Below, piece after piece: positions 8,277 through 16,077 of a stretch of DNA of 64,000 bases; position 1 is the first letter of the stretch, and every line of letters begins with the position of its first letter. Position numbers and translations under genes: made by a program. Where the stretch lies: assembly GCA_947453965.1 (NCBI GenBank), contig CANGIQ010000001.1, forward strand, positions 52,060 through 116,059, given 5' to 3'. Under the pieces are notes generated by a model. That model was not told the DNA's origin. It saw only the letters and a program-made list of their open reading frames with translations, and searched no databases. This stretch comes from Comamonadaceae bacterium (lineage in GTDB: Bacteria; Pseudomonadota; Gammaproteobacteria; Burkholderiales; Burkholderiaceae_C).

Positions 8277-10809
8277 ACCGCGCAGCGTGTTGGTAAAAGA
8301 AGCGCTTGGCCAGCTCCACCATGCACAAATAGGCCAGCACCATGGCCGCCAAGATCGCATAAAAATAAAGCGGCGGTGGCACAAACCCAAGCTGTGCACC
8401 CACGGGCGTGAGTGGCAAGCCAATCGCCAGCGCCACCACGGCCAAAGAGGTGGTAGTCAGCAATGGGTGAGGGCGGCTCTTGAACGGGTTGCCACGCGTG
8501 CGAATGACAAAAATCACCAGCACTTGGGTGCACAACGATTCAATGAACCACCCGGTTTGAAACAAAGACTCGTGCGCGTTCAGCACGGTCAACAGCACAT
8601 AAAAGGTCAAGAAGTCAAACAAGGAGCTGATGGGGCCGATCACCAGCATGAAGTTGCGGATGAAGCCCAAGTCGAGCACGCGCGGTTGAGACAGCTCTTG
8701 CGCATCGACCTGATCCAGCGGGATCGGAATTTCCGACACGTCGTACAAGATGTTGTTGAGCAAAATTTGCGTGGGCAGCATTGGCAAGAAAGGTAAAAAC
8801 AAGGCTGCGCCTGCCATGCTGAACATATTGCCAAAGTTTGAACTGGTGCCCATCATGATGTACTTCATGATGTTGCCAAATGTGCGTCGCCCCTCCAACA
8901 CACCGGCGTGCAACACATGCAAATCTTGTTTCAGCAAAATCATGTCGGCTGCGGCTTTGGCCACATCGACCGCAGAATCGACAGACAGGCCCACATCAGC
9001 CGCATGCAAAGACGGCGCATCGTTGATGCCGTCGCCCATATAGCCCACCACATGGCCGTTGGCTTTCAGGGCCAAGATCACACGCTCTTTTTGCGTGGGG
9101 TTGACCCGGCAAAACAGATTGGCAGTTTCCACACGGCGTTGCAAGGCCAGGGCATCCAACTGCGCAATCTCTTTGCCCGTCAAAACGCCTTGCACCGCAA
9201 TGCCAAGCTGTTGGCAAATATGACGTGTCACCAAGTCGCTGTCTCCGGTGACGATCTTGATGGCAATGCCCAGTTTTTGCAGCTCAGCCAACGCGGTGGC
9301 TGCGCTTTCTTTGGGCGGGTCTAAAAAGGCGGCAAAGCCAGCCAACACGAGATCTGACTCGTCGTTGATCGCGGCTACTGTGTGATCGCGTGGGACCTCA
9401 CGCCACGCAATGCCCAGCACGCGCAGTCCCTCCGCTTCGAGCGCGCGGTAGTGTGCGATGGCTTCGTTGCGTTTGTCGTCGTCCAGATCTTCCAGCGTGC
9501 CGCCTTCGCTGTGGCTGTACGAGCACAGACGCAGCATGTCTTCGGCAGCGCCCTTGGCCACCAACCAGCGTTGCTTGCCATCGTCAATCAAGACCGATAC
9601 GCAGCGGCGCTCAAAGTCAAACGGTATTTCGTCGATCTTTTGCCAGTGGCCAATGTCGCATGTGTGGTGTTGAAGAATGGCCTCATCCAAAGGACTCTTC
9701 AAACCAGTTTCAAAGAAGCTGTTCAGATAGGCCAACTCAAACACATGCGGGCTCTCGCGTCCGGACACATCCACGTGGCGTTCCAGCCTAATTTTGGCTT
9801 CGGTGAGGGTGCCAGTTTTGTCGGTGCACAGCACGTCCATCGATCCCAAGTCTTGCACCGCCGTCAAGCGTTTCACAATCATGTGCTGTTGCGACAAACG
9901 AATGGCACCACGTGACAGCGTGACAGAGACCACCATGGGCAGTAGCTCTGGGGTGAGTCCCACCGCCAAGGCCACCGCAAACAAAAACGATTCGAGCCAA
10001 GGCTTGTGAAACCAGGCGTTGACCAACAACACAAACAACACCATGCCCATGGTCAAGGCCATGATCAACATGCCAAAGCGCCGCGTGCCTACTTCGAACG
10101 AGGTGGCTTGGGTGGGCTTGTCCAAACTGTCGGCAATGTCACCAATGGCGGTCTGCGTGCCAGTTTTGACCACCCACACCCGTGCACTGCCACCCACCAC
10201 CGAAGTGCCCATGAACACCGCGTTGGTGGCCTCTTGCATGTCGGTGGCTGAGTCAGGGACTGTGCCTGCATGTTTTTCGACCGGAAAAGCCTCGCCCGTC
10301 AACAAGGATTGGTTGACAAAGAAGTCACGCGCCTCGAGTACCAAGGCGTCTGCAGGAATGAGATCGCCCGCATGCAAGATGCACAAATCACCGGGCACCA
10401 CCTCTTGCATCGGAACGACTGTTGTCTGGCCATCGCGCCAGACCGTGGTGCGTACCGATACCGATTGCTTGAGTTTTTCTGCGGCTGCGTTGGCGCGGTA
10501 TTCCTGCACAAAATCCAAGCTCACGCTCATCAACACAATGCAGCTGATGATGACAAAGTTGGCCACTTCGCCCGTCAAGGCCGAGACAGAGCTCGCAATC
10601 AACAGCACGATCACCAGTGGGTTTTGAAACCGAGACAAAAACTGCCGCAGCAGCGAGTGGCGATGGTGGTTTCGAAATGTGTTGGGGCCAAACTGCGTCA
10701 AGCGTTCAGCAGCCTCTTGATGCGACAAACCTTCTAAGGCCTTACCCACGGTGGCGGACGCGTGTGTCCACCAAGCCTGATCAGGTCGAGGGGATGGTTT
10801 TTTTTGCAT
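8230..10809 (-). CDS. mgtA: magnesium-translocating P-type ATPase
   Basis: 859 aa. Phosphorylation motif DKTGTLT, plus VTGDS and GDGINDAP. The N-terminus ...LSHQEAAERLTQFGPN and the ten-TM layout are typical of MgtA/MgtB. Confidence 0.9.
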   Translation of the reverse strand: MQKKPSPRPDQAWWTHASATVGKALEGLSHQEAAERLTQFGPNTFRNHHRHSLLRQFLSRFQNPLVIVLLIASSVSALTGEVANFVIISCIVLMSVSLDFVQEYRANAAAEKLKQSVSVRTTVWRDGQTTVVPMQEVVPGDLCILHAGDLIPADALVLEARDFFVNQSLLTGEAFPVEKHAGTVPDSATDMQEATNAVFMGTSVVGGSARVWVVKTGTQTAIGDIADSLDKPTQATSFEVGTRRFGMLIMALTMGMVLFVLLVNAWFHKPWLESFLFAVALAVGLTPELLPMVVSVTLSRGAIRLSQQHMIVKRLTAVQDLGSMDVLCTDKTGTLTEAKIRLERHVDVSGRESPHVFELAYLNSFFETGLKSPLDEAILQHHTCDIGHWQKIDEIPFDFERRCVSVLIDDGKQRWLVAKGAAEDMLRLCSYSHSEGGTLEDLDDDKRNEAIAHYRALEAEGLRVLGIAWREVPRDHTVAAINDESDLVLAGFAAFLDPPKESAATALAELQKLGIAIKIVTGDSDLVTRHICQQLGIAVQGVLTGKEIAQLDALALQRRVETANLFCRVNPTQKERVILALKANGHVVGYMGDGINDAPSLHAADVGLSVDSAVDVAKAAADMILLKQDLHVLHAGVLEGRRTFGNIMKYIMMGTSSNFGNMFSMAGAALFLPFLPMLPTQILLNNILYDVSEIPIPLDQVDAQELSQPRVLDLGFIRNFMLVIGPISSLFDFLTFYVLLTVLNAHESLFQTGWFIESLCTQVLVIFVIRTRGNPFKSRPHPLLTTTSLAVVALAIGLPLTPVGAQLGFVPPPLYFYAILAAMVLAYLCMVELAKRFFYQHAARFSPAPWRSGAAPPLA

Positions 10810-10915
10810 GATGCATTAGACCCGTCGTGGTCAGAGAATGTAAAAATTTTATGAGCCCAGCCTGTTTTAACGCTAAATTTCTTTTAGAATATTGACTTCG
10901 GTTAATTAACACCGC

Positions 10916-10991
10916 GCGGGAATAGCTCAGTTGGTAGAGCGCAACCTTGCCAAGGTTGAGGTCGCGAGTTCGAGCCTCGTTTCCCGCTCCA
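10916..10991 (+). tRNA. tRNA-Gly (anticodon GCC), copy 2
   Basis: Identical at all 76 nt to copy 1 (6087-6162). Flanking sequence differs immediately outside the tRNA. Confidence 0.95.
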
Positions 10992-10999
10992 GTCTAAGA

Positions 11000-11030
11000 G
11001 CCTCGTAACAGTGTTACGAGGCTTTTTTTT
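11000..11030 (+). terminator. rho-independent terminator after tRNA-Gly copy 2
   Basis: GCCTCGTAAC-agt-GTTACGAGGC (10-bp stem) followed by T8. Confidence 0.85.
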
Positions 11031-11046
11031 GCCCCTCATCTCATTC

Positions 11047-11985
11047 ATGCTTTTATCCGGTAAACGTTCGTTGCCCAGTGACAGTCCTCAGGCTATCTTC
11101 CGTGCCACGGATGATGCGGCCGGAGGCTGGCTGCAAACAACCAAGCGATGGGTGAAGTTTCGCTTGCGTTACTGGCTGTGCAAAAAACAACTGCACAGCA
11201 TTCGTACGTTTTTGACTGACAAAGGTTTGGAGGCCCTGACGGTGTCCGACCTGCCTGCGCTGTTGCGTCCTATGCGGCCTTACTTGTGGCATGGGCTCAA
11301 CCCAACGCAACGCACGGCCGCGCTTTTAGGCCATTTTGAATGGATGCTCCAGCGTTTTCCTTTGTCCGCAGTGCAAAACTTTTACGCCCAGGGCTGGTAC
11401 GAATTGTTTGCCCAAACTTACCCTGAAGGCACTGTGCGTTTGACCTTGCAGCCCGGACGTGCTTTGGGACGTGAGGGAGAGTTAGAACTGCATCTCAAGC
11501 TCAATGACACCTCCGTGATGCGCACAGCATTCAGCATCTTGCCGTGTGAGATGGTGGGCATGCAGGGGACTGGCTCAGTGCTGGTGATTGGCAACATGCA
11601 AGGCATGCGTAATACCAGCTCAGAGATCAAGACCGTGACCCAAAAGATGGAGCGCACGCGCCCCCACAATATTGTGATGACGGCCCTACAAGGCCTTGTT
11701 CAGGGATGGATGTTGACCGGAATGTTAGGCGTGGCCAACGACAAACATGTGTACTCCAGTTACCGCACCCTGTCTAAACGGGTAGGGCAGAGCTATGACA
11801 CCTTGTGGCAAGAGTTGGGGGCTCAAGCACGCGTTGGCCAGACACATTGGAACTTGCCTATCGTGTGGGAGCCTAAGTCTGAACAAGACGTGCCCTCGAA
11901 CAAGCGCTCACAACTGCGTCGCAAGAACGAGATTCGGCAAAAAATATTTGATCAAGTCGCCATGCATTCGCAGCGACTTGGATGA
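11047..11985 (+). CDS. DUF535 / VirK-YbjX-like protein
   Basis: 312 aa from the ATG at 11047; the track start at 11011 lies inside the terminator. The central region GREGELELHLKLND...LVIGNMQG... matches my recollection of the VirK/DUF535 family. No database check was possible. Confidence 0.6.
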   Translation: MLLSGKRSLPSDSPQAIFRATDDAAGGWLQTTKRWVKFRLRYWLCKKQLHSIRTFLTDKGLEALTVSDLPALLRPMRPYLWHGLNPTQRTAALLGHFEWMLQRFPLSAVQNFYAQGWYELFAQTYPEGTVRLTLQPGRALGREGELELHLKLNDTSVMRTAFSILPCEMVGMQGTGSVLVIGNMQGMRNTSSEIKTVTQKMERTRPHNIVMTALQGLVQGWMLTGMLGVANDKHVYSSYRTLSKRVGQSYDTLWQELGAQARVGQTHWNLPIVWEPKSEQDVPSNKRSQLRRKNEIRQKIFDQVAMHSQRLG

Positions 11986-12016
11986 AAAAAAGCCCGCTGA
12001 TCAGCGGGCTTTTTTG
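11984..12016. terminator. bidirectional terminator between convergent genes
   Basis: A7-AGCCCGCTGA/TCAGCGGGCT-T5: a perfect palindrome flanked by an A-run and a T-run. Confidence 0.8.
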
Positions 12017-12029
12017 TAGGGGTAACGTG

Positions 12030-12410
12030 TTATTTTTTAGGCAGTGTGCCGCCGCTTTTCACGCATTCATCCAAAGTTTTGAATTCGGTGAACTTTTTTG
12101 TGTTGCCATAAGAGTTGCTGTTCTTGTCATGGCAGATGCCAGACTCAGACTTTTTCACCACGGGTTCTGCATTCGCTTGTCCTGCAGGCGCGCGACCACC
12201 ACTCTTGATACATTCATCCATTGAAGCAAAAGCCTGAAACTTTTTGGTGTTGCCATACGAGTTGCTGCTCTTGTCATGACAAATACCGGATTCCGACTTT
12301 TTCACGCTCGGTTCGGCAGCTGCTGGTGCTTTCTGATCTGCTGCATGGGCTGCGCCCAGACAAAGACCGAGTAAGACCGCGATGAGTGCTTGATGGGTGC
12401 GTTGTGCCAT
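12030..12410 (-). CDS. small secreted protein with two tandem Cys-containing repeats, unknown function
   Basis: 126 aa from the ATG at 12410. Signal peptide MAQRTHQALIAVLLGLCLGAAHA. Two units of about 41 aa, VKKSESGICHDK(S/N)SNSYGNTKKF..F...DEC(I/V)KSGG. The longer track ORF (to 12866) runs antisense through a tRNA and was trimmed. Confidence 0.65.
   Translation of the reverse strand: MAQRTHQALIAVLLGLCLGAAHAADQKAPAAAEPSVKKSESGICHDKSSNSYGNTKKFQAFASMDECIKSGGRAPAGQANAEPVVKKSESGICHDKNSNSYGNTKKFTEFKTLDECVKSGGTLPKK
12033..12308 (-). repeat. intragenic tandem duplication (two units, period 147 nt / 49 aa)
   Basis: Hand alignment of aa 35-75 against aa 84-124 gives 31 identical positions out of 41. 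The DNA of the two units is clearly similar. Confidence 0.8.
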
Positions 12411-12537
12411 GTGTGAACTCCTAAAGTGTGAATGAAAGGGACGAAGGAATCGAATGTTAAAAAAAGCTGTAGTTAATATAGCCGATGCCCTCAGTTCGCA
12501 AACCCGCTGGCGTAAAATTCGACCACGCAACGACACC

Positions 12538-12628
12538 GCCCGAGTGGTGAAATTGGTAGACACAAGAGACTTAAAATCTCTCGCTTTCCGTAAGGGGCGT
12601 ACCGGTTCGATCCCGGTCTCGGGCACCA
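12538..12628 (+). tRNA. tRNA-Leu (anticodon UAA)
   Basis: Acceptor stem GCCCGAG/CTCGGGC plus ACCA, anticodon stem-loop AGAGA-CTTAAAA-TCTCT, long variable arm, T-loop GGTTCGATCC. 91 nt. Confidence 0.88.
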
Positions 12629-13531
12629 TCAACGTGATTTTTCGCGCCCCGCGTGCATCAGCATGTCCACAAAAGCCTGGGCAGCGGGCGACAAGGTGCG
12701 CCCGGCACGTTGAATACGCCCAATGGTTCGTGTGATGGGCGGGTTTTCCAACCGCACACCGACAACTGCCGAACGGTCTGTGGGGAGTGTCAACCGAGGC
12801 ACGACAGCCACCACCAATCCACTCTGCACCAACCCAATCAAGGTGGAAATGTGCCGCACTTCGCAAGCAGGACGAGGTTTGCGACCTACATGGGCCAAAG
12901 CCTGATCAATCAAAACACGGTTGCGACTTGCGTGTGAAACCAAGGCATAGGCGTGATTCGCCAGTTCTTCCCAGCGTACAAAACGGCGTTTGGCCAGCGC
13001 ATGGTCAGCCGGGCAGGCGAGCACAAAAGACTCTTGGAGCAAGGGCGTGAACTCAACCTCAGGGTCATGCATGCCGATGTAGTTGATGGCGAAGTCGGCT
13101 TCCCCTGTTTTCACGCTGGCCAGCACTTCGTCGGCGCCTTCTTCAATGATGCGCACCATCACATTGGGATGCTTGTTTCTGAAGGATCGAATGACCTCGG
13201 GCAAAAAATGGTGCACAGCAGAAAACACACAGCCAACGGTGATGTCACCCGTTTCCAACTGTGCGGCATCGTGCAGTCCACTCACTGAACGTTCGAGTTC
13301 ATGCAGGGTGTGGCGTACTTCTGCAAAAAACTTGTGCCCCAAATGCGTGAGCTCCACACTGCGTGTGGTGCGGTCGAACAAGCGGACCGCCAAGACGGCT
13401 TCAAGGTTGGCAATGCGCCGCGAGAGTGCGGGCTGAGACAGGTGCAAGGTTTTGGCAGCAGCGGCAAAGCTTTGTTGCTCGCCCACGGTGACAAAGGCGC
13501 GAAGATCGGCGATAGAAGGTTGAGCGGCCAT
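12629..13531 (-). CDS. LysR-family transcriptional regulator
   Basis: 300 aa. N-terminal HTH FAAAAKTLHLSQPALSRRIANLE. Divergent from the Bug/PrpD cluster. Confidence 0.9.
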   Translation of the reverse strand: MAAQPSIADLRAFVTVGEQQSFAAAAKTLHLSQPALSRRIANLEAVLAVRLFDRTTRSVELTHLGHKFFAEVRHTLHELERSVSGLHDAAQLETGDITVGCVFSAVHHFLPEVIRSFRNKHPNVMVRIIEEGADEVLASVKTGEADFAINYIGMHDPEVEFTPLLQESFVLACPADHALAKRRFVRWEELANHAYALVSHASRNRVLIDQALAHVGRKPRPACEVRHISTLIGLVQSGLVVAVVPRLTLPTDRSAVVGVRLENPPITRTIGRIQRAGRTLSPAAQAFVDMLMHAGREKSR

Positions 13532-13630
13532 GGTGAATTAATTCGATAAATGCATTAATCATTCAAAAAGATGCAATTTACATCATAGGTCGGAGATGTC
13601 AACATACGCACATAACTAGGAGACAAGCGC

Positions 13631-14611
13631 ATGCACACACGCATCAAGCGCCGACAACTATTGCAAGCGGCAGTCGCAACTCTTGCTGCCCCGCTGGCAG
13701 CCCAAGCGCAGGGCTATCCGAGCAAGCCGATTCGCTACATCGTGCCTGTCGCAGCAGGAGGGGGCTCAGACATGGTGGGTCGTGTGGTGACCGAACGCTG
13801 GGGGCGAGCGCTGGGGCAAACCTTTGTGGTTGACAACCTCAGCGGTGGCGGTGGTGTGGTGGCTTGCCAAACCACGCAACGTGCGCCAGCCGATGGCTAC
13901 ACGCTGATGCAGTCCTATGTCGCCACCCATGGCACCACACCTGCCACGCGCAAAGTCAGCTATGACGCGGTGCGTGACTTCACGCCTGTCGGCATGATTG
14001 GCATGACGCCCAATGTGTTGGTGGTCAATGCGTCAGTGCCTGCACGCACGCTGAAGGAATTCATTGATTACGTCAAACGCAATCCCACCCGTGTGAACTA
14101 CGGTTCAGCTGGCCCAGGCTCGTTGACCCATCTGACCATGGAACTCTTCAAGCAAGAGACGGGGGTGTTCATGTTGCACATCCCCTACCGAGGCATTGCA
14201 CCCGCACTGAATGATTTGATTGCCGACCAAACCCAGGCGCTGTTTCCCGGGCTTGCGGCGGCGTTGCCCCACTTGCGCTCAGGGCGCGTGCGTGCCTTGG
14301 CCGTCACTGGCAAGCAACGCAGCCCCTTGCTCAAGGACGTGCCCACGATGGAAGAGGTGGGCTTGCAGGGGTTCAATGCCATGCAGTGGTATGGCGTGGC
14401 AGGCCCTGCGGGCATGCCGGTCTCGGTGGTGCGTCAACTCAACGAATCGCTGGGCAGTGTGCTCAAGGCGCCTGATTTGGCAGACAAACTCGCCGCTGAG
14501 GCGGTGATGCCCTGGGCGATGACGCCCGAGGAGTTTGGCCAGCACATCCGTTCTGAAATCGGGCGATGGACGGCGTTGGCCAAGGCCCGCAACATTCAGC
14601 TCGACGACTAA
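13631..14611 (+). CDS. Bug/TctC-family tripartite tricarboxylate transporter substrate-binding protein
   Basis: 326 aa. Tat-like signal RRQLLQAAVATLAAPLAAQA, then YPSKPIRYIVPVAAGGGSDMVGR, typical of the Bug family. Confidence 0.88.
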   Translation: MHTRIKRRQLLQAAVATLAAPLAAQAQGYPSKPIRYIVPVAAGGGSDMVGRVVTERWGRALGQTFVVDNLSGGGGVVACQTTQRAPADGYTLMQSYVATHGTTPATRKVSYDAVRDFTPVGMIGMTPNVLVVNASVPARTLKEFIDYVKRNPTRVNYGSAGPGSLTHLTMELFKQETGVFMLHIPYRGIAPALNDLIADQTQALFPGLAAALPHLRSGRVRALAVTGKQRSPLLKDVPTMEEVGLQGFNAMQWYGVAGPAGMPVSVVRQLNESLGSVLKAPDLADKLAAEAVMPWAMTPEEFGQHIRSEIGRWTALAKARNIQLDD

Positions 14612-14640
14612 TTTTTCACCATTCTTTACTGAGGATTTTT

Positions 14641-16011
14641 ATGGCTCGCAACACTGTCGTATTGGCGGATACCCACGCTCCTGCCGTCACCCGCATTCTG
14701 GCGGAATTTGTGGCACAACACCCATCCCGTGGTTGGACGGATGCGGTAGATCACGAGGCGCACCGGACCTTTTATAACTGGCTGGGTTGTGCCATTGGCG
14801 CGGCCCACCATGAGGCTGCAGACATTGCGGTGGCCGCTGCCAAGCTGCTTGAGCCTTCGGCTCAGGCTTCGGTGCTGGGACGCACAGAGCAACTCGATAT
14901 GTGTAATGCGGCGTTGGTCAACGGCATCACCTCGCACACCTTTGACTTTGACGACACCCACCTCAAGACCATCATCCATCCCGCGGGACCGGTCGCGTCT
15001 GCTGTGCTGGCCATGGCCGAACACCAAGGTTTGTCGGGCCGTGATGTGCTGGATGCCTTGGTGCTGGGCATTGACGTCGCATGCCGCGTGGGCAACACCA
15101 TGTACCCCGATCACTACGACCGAGGTTGGCATATCACGGGTTCTACCGGCATGCTGGGCGCAGCGGCAGGGTGCGCGCGTTTGCTCAAACTCAATGCCGA
15201 ACAAACTGCCATGGCATTGGGCATTGCGGCGTCCCAGCCCGTGGGCCTGCGCGAGCAGTTCGGCACCATGACCAAACCTTTCCACCCCGGTGGCGCAGCA
15301 CGTGCAGGTCTGATGTCTGCACTGTTGGCCAGCCAAGGCTTCACCGCCAGCGGCAAGGCGCTGGAGGCGCCGCGTGGGTTCATTCAGGTGGCGTCAGACA
15401 AACGCGCTTGGAACGAAATCACCGACGAATTGGGCGCTCGGTTTGAGATTTCTTTCAACACCTACAAGCCATTTGCCTGTGGCATCGTGATCCATCCAAG
15501 CATTGACGCCTGTGTGCAGTTGCGCGAGCGCGGTGTCACGCCGGATCAGGTCGAGCGCATCGATTTGCGCGTGCATTCGCTGGTGCTGGAGCTCACCGGC
15601 AAGAAAGAACCCAAAGATGGCTTGCAAGGCAAGTTCAGTGTCTACCACGGGTGCGCTGCGGGCCTCATTTACGGTCGTGCAGGGGAGGACGAGTTTGCGG
15701 ATGCGGTGGTGAATGATCCGTTGGTGGTGCAAACGCGTAATAAGGTGCAAGCGGTGGTGGACGACAGCATTGAAGAAGCAGCGGTGCGCGTGAGCGCCTT
15801 GCTCAAGAACGGTGAGCGAGTGGATGTACATGTCGAGCATGCCATCGGCTCTTTGCAAAAGCCACTCACCGATGCCCAGCTGCAAGACAAATTCAAGGCC
15901 TTGGTGACACCCGTGTTGGGGCAGCAACGGGCCGACGACATCACCCGTGCTTGCTGGCAGTTGGGCAGCTTGGTCGATGTGCGAACGCTGACCCAGCTGT
16001 GCCGCGCTTGA
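14641..16011 (+). CDS. MmgE/PrpD-family protein
   Basis: 456 aa from the ATG at 14641 (track start 14566 trimmed). Overall similarity to 2-methylcitrate dehydratase-like proteins: ...NGITSHTFDFDDTH..., GWHITGSTG. Confidence 0.8.
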   Translation: MARNTVVLADTHAPAVTRILAEFVAQHPSRGWTDAVDHEAHRTFYNWLGCAIGAAHHEAADIAVAAAKLLEPSAQASVLGRTEQLDMCNAALVNGITSHTFDFDDTHLKTIIHPAGPVASAVLAMAEHQGLSGRDVLDALVLGIDVACRVGNTMYPDHYDRGWHITGSTGMLGAAAGCARLLKLNAEQTAMALGIAASQPVGLREQFGTMTKPFHPGGAARAGLMSALLASQGFTASGKALEAPRGFIQVASDKRAWNEITDELGARFEISFNTYKPFACGIVIHPSIDACVQLRERGVTPDQVERIDLRVHSLVLELTGKKEPKDGLQGKFSVYHGCAAGLIYGRAGEDEFADAVVNDPLVVQTRNKVQAVVDDSIEEAAVRVSALLKNGERVDVHVEHAIGSLQKPLTDAQLQDKFKALVTPVLGQQRADDITRACWQLGSLVDVRTLTQLCRA

Positions 16012-16077
16012 GGACATCGGCGCGGGTTTTTACCCTAGAGACAGCCCCCTGAACGTTCATAAACTCATGGCAACACA

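Noticed and set aside
8170-8796. 208-aa plus-strand ORF extending beyond the radical SAM gene end.
   Set aside because: It is entirely antisense to the conserved C-terminal TM region of mgtA and has His/Gln/Arg-rich composition.
12625-12631. Zero-nucleotide gap between the 3' CCA of tRNA-Leu(UAA) and the stop codon of the convergent LysR gene.
   Set aside because: It is probably just compact gene packing. The LysR C-terminus may be slightly over-extended, and there is no evidence of functional significance.
12411-12866. N-terminal 152 aa of the 278-aa minus-strand ORF 12030-12866.
   Set aside because: That part runs antisense through tRNA-Leu(UAA) and into the LysR gene. An internal ATG at 12410 gives a clean signal peptide, so only 12030-12410 was kept.
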